This document shows, in pieces, positions 1 through 8,757 of a DNA stretch of 64,000 nucleotides. Origin of the DNA: Hyalangium minutum (lineage in GTDB: Bacteria; Myxococcota; Myxococcia; Myxococcales; Myxococcaceae). Both the position numbers and the translations under genes were made by a program. The notes under the pieces were generated by a model, which worked only from the letters and a program-made list of their open reading frames with translations, was not told the DNA's origin and made no database searches. Each line of letters starts with the position of its first letter. The first letter of the stretch is position 1. The stretch covers positions 558,001 through 622,000 of the forward strand of contig NZ_JMCB01000003.1 of NCBI RefSeq assembly GCF_000737315.1, in the 5' to 3' direction.

Positions 1-218
1 GAGTCCGTCGTGAAGATGAGGAAGAGGTCGATATCGTGCAAAGGCCGGATGGCCGTATTCCGTCCATACGAGCCACTGAGAATGGACTCCCGCGGGCTCA
101 GATGGTGACGCAACGCATCGAAGACGACCCGCTCCTGACGCTGCGCCTCGCGGTTCTCACCTTCGCGGAGCTCTAGGTCCTGCATGAACTGCTCGAATGA
201 CTGCGCCACAGTCGGCAT
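1..218 (-). CDS. SMODS / CD-NTase (cGAS-DncV-like) nucleotidyltransferase, N-terminal 72 codons only (gene continues beyond the left edge)
   Basis: Manual translation of the minus strand from ATG at 218: MPTVAQSFEQFMQDLELREGENREAQRQERVVFDALRHHLSPRESILSGSYGRNTAIRPLHDIDLFLIFTTD. It contains the GSY-x-R-x-T-x-I-x4-DID motif of Pol-beta-family CD-NTases. AGGAG RBS at about 228-232. Not in the ORF track because no stop codon lies in the window. Confidence 0.8.
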   Translation of the reverse strand, partial: MPTVAQSFEQFMQDLELREGENREAQRQERVVFDALRHHLSPRESILSGSYGRNTAIRPLHDIDLFLIFTTD

Positions 219-414
219 CGTTGGTGTCTCCTCTCTTGCTAAGAGACACGAAGGAGACCGCAGGCATTACATCTGCTGAGCACAGCAAGCCGACAATTCC
301 TGGACTACATTGCCCCACCTCCTTCGCGCAGGGCGTCCAGCGCGAGGAGCAGGAGAGAGCAAATTTCCCGCTCTCCCCCTCCCCTTCAGCTCAAGGCCGC
401 GCGAGCGTCTCCGC

Positions 415-1680
415 TCACCACTTCCCGTTCTTGCTCAGGCCCTTGAGCTTGGTCTCGGCCTTGGCGAAGTTGTCGGCCGCCTTCCCCTTGCCGGAGAGCG
501 TGGCGTAGACGCTGTTGCGGAACTCGTTGCTCACCTGGTTGTACTTCGTGCCGGTGATGGTCGGCCGAGGCACCGCGTTGGTGAAGGTGGTGTAGAGGCT
601 GCCGAAGAACGGGTTGGCCTTCAGCAGCTCCGCGTCCTGGTAGAGGCTGGTGATGGTCGGGTTGAACGCACCCACCAGGGCCCGGCGCTTCTGCTCCTCG
701 TAGCTGGTCAGGTACTTCACCAGATCCACCGCCAGATCCTTGTGCAGCGAGTACTTCGGCACCCCGAGCTGCCAGCCACCCAGCGTGCCCGTGGACTTGC
801 CGTCCGCGCCACCCTTGGGCAGCGCCATCACGCCCACCTTGCCCTTGATCGGGCTGTCCTTGTTGTTGGCCAGCGCCCACGCATACGGCCAGTTGCGCAT
901 GAACACCGCATTGCCGGACTGGAAGGCGCCGCGAGCCCCCTCCTCCTCGTAGCTCAGCACGCCCTTGGGCACCACGTTGCCCACCAGCGAGGCGATGAAG
1001 TCGACGGCCTCCGCGGCCTTCGGGTTGTTGAGCGTGACCTTGCCCTGGGGATCCACCACCGTGCCGCCGCCGAAGGAGTCCACCCACTCCAGCGCGTTGC
1101 ACGTCAGGCCCTCGTAGGACTTGCCCTGGAACACGAAGCCCACGAGCTTGTCATTGCCCGCCTTCTTCTCACCCTCCAGCACCGTGCGGGCCGCCTGCGC
1201 CAGCTCCTGCCACGTGGTGGGCGGCTTCTGCCCGTACTTCTCCAGCAGATCCGTGCGGTAGTAGAGCAGCCCCGCGTCCGTGAACCAGGGCATGGCCACC
1301 AGCTTCCCGTTCACCGTGTTGTTCTGCACGATGGGCTGGAAGTGCTGCTTCAGCACGTCCTCGGGGATGTAGGGCTTCAAGTCGATGAAGTGGTTGGCCA
1401 CGAGGCCCGGCCACACGATGTCGATGCGCGCGACATCCAGATCCGTCGAGCCCGCCGCCAGCAGCTGCTGAAGCTGTGCCAGCTCCTGGGTGGCATCCGT
1501 GGACGCGCTCATGATCTGCACGGTGTGCCCAGTCTTCTTCGCCCAGGCCTCCGCGCCCTGCGTGCACAGGTCCTTCTCCATGCCCACGCTGCCACAGGCG
1601 ATGTGGAGCGTCTCGGCTCGCGCCAGTGTGGGGTTGACCAGCGCCGCCGCAGCTACGAGCCCTGCCATGACCTTCTTCAT
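415..1680 (-). CDS. ABC transporter sugar-binding protein (trehalose/maltose-type, SBP family 1)
   Basis: Signal peptide [22 protein letters not shown]; motifs [36 protein letters not shown] and [11 protein letters not shown], typical of trehalose/maltose-binding proteins. Confidence 0.9.
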   Translation of the reverse strand: MKKVMAGLVAAAALVNPTLARAETLHIACGSVGMEKDLCTQGAEAWAKKTGHTVQIMSASTDATQELAQLQQLLAAGSTDLDVARIDIVWPGLVANHFIDLKPYIPEDVLKQHFQPIVQNNTVNGKLVAMPWFTDAGLLYYRTDLLEKYGQKPPTTWQELAQAARTVLEGEKKAGNDKLVGFVFQGKSYEGLTCNALEWVDSFGGGTVVDPQGKVTLNNPKAAEAVDFIASLVGNVVPKGVLSYEEEGARGAFQSGNAVFMRNWPYAWALANNKDSPIKGKVGVMALPKGGADGKSTGTLGGWQLGVPKYSLHKDLAVDLVKYLTSYEEQKRRALVGAFNPTITSLYQDAELLKANPFFGSLYTTFTNAVPRPTITGTKYNQVSNEFRNSVYATLSGKGKAADNFAKAETKLKGLSKNGKW

Positions 1681-1728
1681 TGCGTGTGTCTCCCTTGCTG
1701 CCAGGCGCTCCGGGCTTGGAGCGCGTCC

Positions 1729-4131
1729 CTACAAAAGGATCTCCAGCCGCCTCCAGTCCCCCTCCACGTCGAGCGTGAGCTTCCCCTCCGCGAAGCGGTG
1801 CTGTCGGGCGCCTCGCACCTCGCGGGGAGCGGGCAGGCCGTAAACACACAGCGTCTCCTGCTGGCGCGCCAGCGGCAACTCTCCTTCCGTTGCACGCTCG
1901 AGCACGCAGCGGCCGGACTGCCACTCTCCGACGAGCCGCGTTAGCCGCGCCGCGCCATAGCCCTCGCCCGCGTCTTCATACAGACGCGCGTCAATGCGCG
2001 GCGCCGCGTGGATGTGCCACGTGAGCTGCTTCCACTGGGCCGTGGTGGTGTGCAGCGCCGGCTCCGTGAGCGCCACCGCGCCTCCCGCACGCAGCCACAG
2101 CGGCACCGTGTCCAGCGGGGCCTCGGCCAGCGTGTGCTGCCGCCCCTCGAGGATCTCCCCGGAGGGCGCCAGCTGCGAGAAGGGCAACCACCGGCCCTCG
2201 GGCAGGTACATGTGCCGCCGCGTCCGGTACTGGCGAACGATGGGCGCGACGAGCAGATCCCGGCCGAACAGGAACGCATCGTCCATGCGCAGCGCCTCCG
2301 TGTCCCCAGGCGCATACATGACGAGCGGACGCATCACCGGCAGCCCCTCCACGGACGCCTCGTGCATCAGCGTGTAGAGGGTGGGCAGCAGCCGGTAGCG
2401 GTGCTCCATCCACTGGCGGGTGAGCGACAGGTAGGGCTCGCCGAAGCACCAGGGCTCCTGCTGCGGCGTGCCCTTGGCGGAGTGGTTGCGCAGCATCGGG
2501 TAGAAGGCGCCCAGCTGCGTCCAGCGCACCAGCATCTCCCCGGAGGCCCGCCCCAGGAAGCCCGGCACATCCACTCCCGCGAAGGACACCCCGGACAGAC
2601 CCAGCCCCAGGAGCATGGAGATAGAGAGTTCCAGGTGCGCCCAGTAGCTGGAGTTGTCCCCCGTCCACACCGCAGCGTAGCGCTGGATGCCAGCGAAGCC
2701 CGCCCGCGTCAGCACGAAGGGCCGCCGCTCCGGTGCCAGCTCGCGCAGCCCCTCGTAGGTCCCCTTCGCCATGCCCAAGGCGTAGACGTTGTGCACCTCC
2801 AGGTGGCGCCTGTCGCCGTGCCGGGCGTCATAGGGCAGCGTGATCCCCTCCACCTTGCCCACGTCCGCCGAGGGCACCCCGGGCACGGAGAAAGACTCAT
2901 TCCCGTTGAGGAGCTTGAAGCAGGACGGCTCGTTCATGTCGTTCCAGAAGCCCGAGATGCCGGTCTCCAGGAACTCCTTGTGCAGCTTGCCCCACCACTT
3001 TTGCACCGGCGCGCGCGTGAAGTCCGGGAACACGGCGGGCTTGGGCCACACCTCTCCGAGCAGCACGCTGCCCCGGTCATTGCGCACCAGGAAGTCGCTG
3101 GCGAGCGCCTCGTCATAGACGCGGTAGCCCGGCTCGGCCTTCACCCCGGGATCGACGATGGTCACCAGCCGCACGCCCTGCTCGGCCGCCTCGCGCGCCA
3201 GCCCAGCGGGATCCGGATAGCGGGTCTTGTCCCACGTCCAGACCTTGTAGCCCTCCATGTAATCGATATCGAGGTACAGGCAGTCCAGCGGGAGCCGGGC
3301 CTTGCGATAGCCGTGGAGGACAGCGCGGATGTCCTTGGCGTTCTCGTAGCCCCAGCGAGACTGCTGCGCCCCCAGGCTCCAGAGCGGCGGCAAGGGCGCC
3401 CGGCCCGTGAGCGCGGTGTAGCGCTTCACCACGTCCGAGGGCAGCGGGCCCGCGAACACATAGGCATCCAGTTCGGGGCCCGAGGACTCCCATCGCACGC
3501 CCAGGGGATCCTCGGCCGCCACGTCCACTTCCATCCTCCACGACTCATCGAGGAAGAAGCCCCAGGCGATGCCATCGCGCAGGCCCAGGCTGAAGGGGAT
3601 GGACTGGTAGAGCGGATCCGTGTCCGGGTGGTGCGGCAGCACGTCCGTGTTCCAGAAGGTGAAGCGCATGCCGCGCTTGTCGAGCGCCCCCACCTTCTCG
3701 CCGAAGCCCAGCCAGGCCTCGTCGACGGGCGAGCGCAGCGTGAGCCGGGAGCGGAAGCGCGTCACGGGGTAGTCCGGCCGCACCTCTCCGGCGAAGCTGT
3801 CACACCGGGCGAGCTCCCGGCCGCCGGCATCCCTCAGCCGCCAGGTGCCCAGTGCCAGCTGCACCTCCAGCGACAGCTCTTCCGTGCCCACCACCACGGT
3901 CTGCTCCGCGCCCTGCCCCTCCCGGCGGATCGACAGGGGCCGCTCCAGATGCTCCAGCACGGACCAGGACTGCTTGGAGGGCACCTCTCGCAGCGTGACG
4001 GCCGCGGCCCCCAGCGAAGGCAGGTGACGCAGCCTCAGGACTCCGGGCAACGGGCTGCGGATCTCCAGGGCGGAGTGGGAACCCCAGAAGGTGACTCGGG
4101 TGGTTTCAGCGGAGAGATCGTTGAAGTGCAT
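1729..4131 (-). CDS. GH31 alpha-glucosidase
   Basis: Motifs LDIDYMEG, GFWNDMNEPS (nucleophile), WTGDN (acid/base), RWTQLGAFYPMLRNHS. Start moved from 4161 to ATG 4131 because 4161 lies inside the upstream terminator stem. Confidence 0.92.
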   Translation of the reverse strand: MHFNDLSAETTRVTFWGSHSALEIRSPLPGVLRLRHLPSLGAAAVTLREVPSKQSWSVLEHLERPLSIRREGQGAEQTVVVGTEELSLEVQLALGTWRLRDAGGRELARCDSFAGEVRPDYPVTRFRSRLTLRSPVDEAWLGFGEKVGALDKRGMRFTFWNTDVLPHHPDTDPLYQSIPFSLGLRDGIAWGFFLDESWRMEVDVAAEDPLGVRWESSGPELDAYVFAGPLPSDVVKRYTALTGRAPLPPLWSLGAQQSRWGYENAKDIRAVLHGYRKARLPLDCLYLDIDYMEGYKVWTWDKTRYPDPAGLAREAAEQGVRLVTIVDPGVKAEPGYRVYDEALASDFLVRNDRGSVLLGEVWPKPAVFPDFTRAPVQKWWGKLHKEFLETGISGFWNDMNEPSCFKLLNGNESFSVPGVPSADVGKVEGITLPYDARHGDRRHLEVHNVYALGMAKGTYEGLRELAPERRPFVLTRAGFAGIQRYAAVWTGDNSSYWAHLELSISMLLGLGLSGVSFAGVDVPGFLGRASGEMLVRWTQLGAFYPMLRNHSAKGTPQQEPWCFGEPYLSLTRQWMEHRYRLLPTLYTLMHEASVEGLPVMRPLVMYAPGDTEALRMDDAFLFGRDLLVAPIVRQYRTRRHMYLPEGRWLPFSQLAPSGEILEGRQHTLAEAPLDTVPLWLRAGGAVALTEPALHTTTAQWKQLTWHIHAAPRIDARLYEDAGEGYGAARLTRLVGEWQSGRCVLERATEGELPLARQQETLCVYGLPAPREVRGARQHRFAEGKLTLDVEGDWRRLEILL

Positions 4132-4141
4132 GGGCGCTGAT

Positions 4142-4186
4142 AAAAAAGAGAGGCTGCCCATAGCATTCCTTGGGCAGCCCCTCTCT
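4142..4186 (-). terminator. Rho-independent terminator downstream of the GH87 gene
   Basis: Imperfect inverted repeat agagaggctgccca (4147-4160) / tgggcagcccctctct (4171-4186), followed on the minus strand by a T6 run (4142-4147). Confidence 0.75.
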
Positions 4187-4210
4187 AGAAAACCGGCAAC
4201 TTCTTACGCG

Positions 4211-7200
4211 CTACCAGTTGTTGCCACCACCGCTGGTGATGGTGAAGCCGCCGCTGCTCTGGTTGGCGACCTTGGCGGTGGGGGCGTTGTTCACCGTCAC
4301 GTTGGTGAAGGTGCCGCCGCCCCGCGCCGTGGACAGCACCTGGATGCCGTAGTTGGTGGGGTTGTTGATGGTGATGTTCTGGAAGGCCAGGTTGGTGAAC
4401 ACGCCTCCGTTGCTCTGGATGCTGATGCCCTGGTACGTCGGGTCGATGATGTCCACGTTCTTGATCGTGATGTTGTTGGTCGGGTTCTGGTCGGCGCGCA
4501 GCCAGATCGAACCGAACTGCTGCCCACCCCAGTAGGTGCCGCCGCTGCGGATGATCGTCAGGCCATCCACCGTCGCGGACTGCATGGGGTACGGATTGAA
4601 CTCGGAGCTGACCGTCAAGCCGGGATAGGTCAGCGTGTCGGAGACGACGCTGTTCTCGATCCGGTTGTTGAGGCCGCCGTAGATGGCGAAGCCCGCGGCG
4701 CGCCAGACGATCTGCACGGTGCAGTTGCGAATCACGTTGTTGGTGGCCGGGAACGGGTACAGGTCGGTCGCGGACCAGATGGCGAACGCATCGTCACCCG
4801 TGTTGCGGGCGTGGGAGTTCTCCACGATGCTGTCCTTGGTGCCGTTGCAGAGGTTGACGGCGTCCGCGCCGGTGTTGCGGAAGCGCGAGTTGCTGATGCG
4901 CAGGTTCGTCGACTCGGAGTTGCCGCCCACCCAGTAAGCGCACTGGACGTGCTCGACCCACATGTTCTCGATGACGGTGTTCTTGTAGGCCGAGTTCACC
5001 CACGCCTTGCCGCCCTGGGTCCGCAAGCCATCCGTGTTGCCGAAGATGGCGAAGTCCCGGAACTTCGCGTTGTCGCCAGTGATGATGAAGCCCGTCTGGC
5101 CCCAGCCCGCATCCTCGTTCAGCGCGGCGTTGTAGAGCTTCGTGTACCACATGCCCGCGCCCTGGATGGTGACGCCCTTGACCTGGATCTTGTTGGTCTG
5201 GTCGAAGGTGCCCGGCGGCAGGTACACACCCGCGTAGGTGCCAGCCTGCACCGCCCAGATGGCCTGGTTGATGGCGTTCTCGTCCGAGATGCCGTCGTTG
5301 GGGATCGCGGGCGCCCAGCTGTGGCCGCCCTCGGTGACGTCGATGTAGCCCGCGGGCTTGGCGATCGGCGCGCCCACCAGCTCCAGATCGATGAAGTCGA
5401 TGGCGTAGTACGGCGAGGTGTCGCCCGAGTCCTTCTGCAGGCGAACGGTGGCCCCGGCCGGGATGGTGGTGTTCAGCAGCTTGCTCGACTCGTCATAGAT
5501 GCGGCGCGGGGCGCCGGCCGAGGGCGAGTTGAACTGGGTGGCATCATCGCCGTAGACCCAGGCCTCCTTGGAGGAGAGGTTGAGCGTCCCCAGCTTGCTG
5601 CCGTTGACGTAGAGGCTCAGCGTCGCCTGGATGCCACCACCGCCCGCCGCGTCCGGCATGCTGTTGCGGACCACGATGGCGTTCGCCGGGGCCACGGTCG
5701 TCCACTCCACGTACTGGCCCGTCGCGTTGAGGACCACCGCCTTGCGGCCCGAGGCCTCACCCGCGATGGTGCCCAGCGCCCGGCTCGGGCCCTGGACGGC
5801 GCCGTTGGTGCGCCCGTTCTCCGCCTCGTACTCGATCCAGGGCACGTTGGCGCCACGGCCGACGAAGAGGCTCGAGGTCAGCGAGTTGTTGGTCTCCACG
5901 GACTCGGAGATGGCCGACGCGGGGTCCACCGTCGCCACAAGGGTGTGGTTGCCGTTCGTGGCCGTCCACGTGCCGCTCAGGGTGACCGCCGCGCCGGCGC
6001 CCGCCGCGAGCGAGCTGGGCACCGTCCCATTCAGGGTCGTCGCTCCATCAATCACCAGCCGCACCGCCACGGAGGAGCCGGGCGTGGGATCGAGGCCCTG
6101 GTTCGTCACCGTCACCGTGAAGGAGACCGCCGCGCCCGCCGCGGGCGTCGACGGCGTCGAGGAGATGGCCTGGACGATCAGGTCCGGACCGGGGCGCCGC
6201 GACACCGTCAGCGTCTTGGTGAAGCTGTTGTTGCTGTCGTTGAACTCGGCGATGGCGTTGTCCGGATCCACCACGGCCGTGACCGGATAGCTGCCGTACG
6301 AGGTGGACCACGAAGCGTTCGCCGTCAGGGTGACGCTGGCGCCCGCCGCGAGGGACGTCGTCGAGGGCAGCGTCGACACCGCGACCTCCGCGCCGTTCAC
6401 GAGGAAGGAGACCTTGTGGACGCTGCTCGGGCTGGCGCCGGTGCCGGCGTTCTTCACGACGGCCTTGAAGGAGATGGCCTCGCCCTCCTGCGGGGGGCTG
6501 CTCGGCGCGGTCCACTGGATGTCGGTGACGGTCAGGTCCGCCCGCTGCGTGGCCGTGGCGGCCACGGTGATGTAGTCCAGGTTGACGTTCGCCACGTCTC
6601 CCGCGTCGTACTGGTACGCCACCGCGTTGCTGCCCGCGTTCAGATAGACGGCCTGCGCCTTGTTGGCCCAGGTCGTCCAGGCGCCCGTGGTGGGCAGCGA
6701 GACCTGGCCCTGCTTCGTGCCGCCCACGTAGAGCGAGAGGTTGGAGTCCGTGAAGCCATTGCCGTAACGCAGCGTGACGTCGTACCAGCCGGCGCTCGCG
6801 ACGGACACGTTGAACTGGGTGCGCGCGCCCTGGGTCCAGTAGCCCTCCACGAAGCCCGTGCCGCTGTAGCCTGTGTGGTTGCTGTTGATCTGCGCGCCCC
6901 CGCTCAGGGTCGCGGACTCACCCTCATACTTCGAGCCGCCGGTGCTCGCCGTGTACGTGGCGGTGATTGTCGTCGCGGCCGCGGTCATCGTGTACGTCGT
7001 CGAGGCCGAGCTGGCATTGCCGAAGCTCGAGGCCACGCCACCAGTCCAGCCATTGAAGACCTGGCCGGACGACGGAGCGTTGGCCGAGATGTTCACGACG
7101 GCGCCGGACGCGTAGGAGCCACTGCCCGAGCCGTTGTTCACGGTCAGTGCATAGGTCGTTCCGCCCGCAGGCGAGCCCAGGATCTGGAACTCCGCGACCT

Positions 7201-7729
7201 GACCGCCCGGGGCGCCGCTGTTCGCGGTGAACTGGAGCCGCACCTCGCTCACCGTCCCAGAGACGGGGATCGTCACCTGATTGCCCGTCGACGGATTGAA
7301 GGTGTAGGTCGCCGAGGCCACGAGCGTCGAGAAGGTGGTCGTGCTGGCGTTGTGTCCCAGCACCGAGAACGTCTGGGTGCGCGTGCTCCAGGCACTGTCC
7401 GGGTTGAGCTGCACCACGACGGAGCTGATCGTGTGGTTGCTGCCCAGGTTCACCGTCAGCGTGTTGGGGTACGCGTTGGCCGTGCCCTCCCAGTAGGTGG
7501 CCCGGTTGTTGTCGTTCGCGTTCGTCGCCGCGTAGACCTGCGTGTAGCCGGAGGTCGTGATGCTCTTGCCGAGCGCGACGTTCGTGTCCACCGCCTGCGT
7601 CACGACTCCGGCGGGATCCACCACGGAAGCTGAAGGCGAAGGTTCGCAAGCGCTGATGAGCAGTTGGAGAACCATCCATACGGCGACGCCGCTTGTGCGC
7701 CGCCAATCTGACACTCTCGTGTTTTTCAC
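4211..7729 (-). CDS. Lipoprotein alpha-1,3-glucanase/mycodextranase (GH87-like) with CBM32, CBM6/35 and 2x CARDB domains
   Basis: Lipobox LLISAC; F5/8-type domain (NLALGK-like NVALGK...ATYWE); CBM6/35-like YEGESATLSGGA; two CARDB repeats (DLTVTDI, DLIVQAI); C-terminal VPWIEYEAE...EASGRKAV...ANAIVVRNSMPD and beta-helix repeats (RNTGADAVN, RNTGDDAFAIWS) typical of GH87. Confidence 0.82.
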   Translation of the reverse strand: MKNTRVSDWRRTSGVAVWMVLQLLISACEPSPSASVVDPAGVVTQAVDTNVALGKSITTSGYTQVYAATNANDNNRATYWEGTANAYPNTLTVNLGSNHTISSVVVQLNPDSAWSTRTQTFSVLGHNASTTTFSTLVASATYTFNPSTGNQVTIPVSGTVSEVRLQFTANSGAPGGQVAEFQILGSPAGGTTYALTVNNGSGSGSYASGAVVNISANAPSSGQVFNGWTGGVASSFGNASSASTTYTMTAAATTITATYTASTGGSKYEGESATLSGGAQINSNHTGYSGTGFVEGYWTQGARTQFNVSVASAGWYDVTLRYGNGFTDSNLSLYVGGTKQGQVSLPTTGAWTTWANKAQAVYLNAGSNAVAYQYDAGDVANVNLDYITVAATATQRADLTVTDIQWTAPSSPPQEGEAISFKAVVKNAGTGASPSSVHKVSFLVNGAEVAVSTLPSTTSLAAGASVTLTANASWSTSYGSYPVTAVVDPDNAIAEFNDSNNSFTKTLTVSRRPGPDLIVQAISSTPSTPAAGAAVSFTVTVTNQGLDPTPGSSVAVRLVIDGATTLNGTVPSSLAAGAGAAVTLSGTWTATNGNHTLVATVDPASAISESVETNNSLTSSLFVGRGANVPWIEYEAENGRTNGAVQGPSRALGTIAGEASGRKAVVLNATGQYVEWTTVAPANAIVVRNSMPDAAGGGGIQATLSLYVNGSKLGTLNLSSKEAWVYGDDATQFNSPSAGAPRRIYDESSKLLNTTIPAGATVRLQKDSGDTSPYYAIDFIDLELVGAPIAKPAGYIDVTEGGHSWAPAIPNDGISDENAINQAIWAVQAGTYAGVYLPPGTFDQTNKIQVKGVTIQGAGMWYTKLYNAALNEDAGWGQTGFIITGDNAKFRDFAIFGNTDGLRTQGGKAWVNSAYKNTVIENMWVEHVQCAYWVGGNSESTNLRISNSRFRNTGADAVNLCNGTKDSIVENSHARNTGDDAFAIWSATDLYPFPATNNVIRNCTVQIVWRAAGFAIYGGLNNRIENSVVSDTLTYPGLTVSSEFNPYPMQSATVDGLTIIRSGGTYWGGQQFGSIWLRADQNPTNNITIKNVDIIDPTYQGISIQSNGGVFTNLAFQNITINNPTNYGIQVLSTARGGGTFTNVTVNNAPTAKVANQSSGGFTITSGGGNNW

Positions 7730-7853
7730 TCGTGCCTCCTGCCGTGGGGGTCTGGAGCGTTTCGCATTGCGTCAAAGACTTGCGTGAATTCCTGAGAACG
7801 CTTGCTAAACGCGCGAAACCATCTAAAGGCGATTTTGCTGGCAGTAAAGTGAA

Positions 7854-7873
7854 TTCTGAAAACGCATTCAGAA
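7854..7873. promoter_or_regulatory. Candidate LacI-family operator 1
   Basis: TTCTGAAAACGCATTCAGAA: 7-bp perfect arms with a central CG, in the AT-rich intergenic region upstream of the GH87 gene. Confidence 0.55.
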
Positions 7874-7931
7874 ATAAACGTCTCCTGGCAAACGCTGCAC
7901 TGCGGCATGGCAGAGTGGGTACACGTCAGTC

Positions 7932-7945
7932 TGAAAGCGCTTTCC
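7932..7945. promoter_or_regulatory. Candidate LacI-family operator 2 (cre-like)
   Basis: TGAAAGCGCTTTCC contains the perfect 12-bp palindrome GAAAGCGCTTTC (7933-7944). Confidence 0.55.
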
Positions 7946-8007
7946 CAGCTGAGACGTAGGGGACAATCCTCCAGCCCCGCCGACGCAGTGATACAAGAGG
8001 GCCCGCT

Positions 8008-8730
8008 ATGGGACGCATATTCGAGACACGCAAGGCGACGATGTTCGCCCGCTGGAACAAGATGGCGAAGGTGTTCACGCGCGTCAGCAAGGACATTGCG
8101 ATCGCCGTGAAGGCCGGGGGCCCGAACCCGGACAGCAACCCGGCCCTGCGCCGCGCCCTCCAGAACGCGCGCGCCGCCAACATGCCCAAGGACAAGGTCG
8201 AGGGTGCCATCAAGCGCGCCAGCGGCCAGGACGCGGCCAGCTATGATGTCGTCCTCTACGAGGGCTATGCCCCCCACGGTGTCGCTGTGATTGTCGAAAC
8301 GGCCACTGACAACGTCGTCCGGACCGTCGCCAACGTGCGCATGCGCTTCAAGCGCAACGAAGGCAGCATGGGCAACACGGGCAGCGTGGCCTTCCAGTTC
8401 AAGCGCATGGGCGTCTTCCGGCTGAGCCCCGAGGGCGTGGATCAGGAGGCCTTGGAGCTGGACCTGATCGACCACGGGCTCGAGGAGATGGGCGAGGGCA
8501 CCGGCGAGAAGGGCGAGAAGCAGATCGTCATCCGCTGCGCCTTCAACGACTTCGGCAAGCTGCAGTCGGCCATCGAAGCGCGCGGCCTCACGGTGGTGTC
8601 CGCGGACTCGGAGTACATCCCGACGACCCCCGTGGAGCTCCCCGAGGACAAGGCGACCGAGGTCCTCAAGCTCGTGGACGATCTCGAGCAGGACGAAGAC
8701 GTGCAGCGCGTCTTCCACAACCTCGGCTGA
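8008..8730 (+). CDS. yebC: YebC/PmpR family protein
   Basis: [54 protein letters not shown] and [10 protein letters not shown] motifs. Confidence 0.93.
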   Translation: MGRIFETRKATMFARWNKMAKVFTRVSKDIAIAVKAGGPNPDSNPALRRALQNARAANMPKDKVEGAIKRASGQDAASYDVVLYEGYAPHGVAVIVETATDNVVRTVANVRMRFKRNEGSMGNTGSVAFQFKRMGVFRLSPEGVDQEALELDLIDHGLEEMGEGTGEKGEKQIVIRCAFNDFGKLQSAIEARGLTVVSADSEYIPTTPVELPEDKATEVLKLVDDLEQDEDVQRVFHNLG

Positions 8731-8757
8731 TCGCCCTGCCCTGCCCCTCCCGGGGCC

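Noticed and set aside
197-508. 103-aa plus-strand ORF
   Set aside because: No recognisable motif; it overlaps the CD-NTase start and the SBP 3' end on the opposite strand.
4091-7633. Long antisense ORFs (also 310-1944, 2008-4140, 8767-12378, 14261-16609, 19498-23100, 29134-31491, 49067-52066, 60712-62646)
   Set aside because: They lie opposite genes with clear family motifs. Stop-poor shadow frames are expected in high-GC DNA with strong GC3 bias, and their translations are Arg/Gly/Ala-rich with no motifs.
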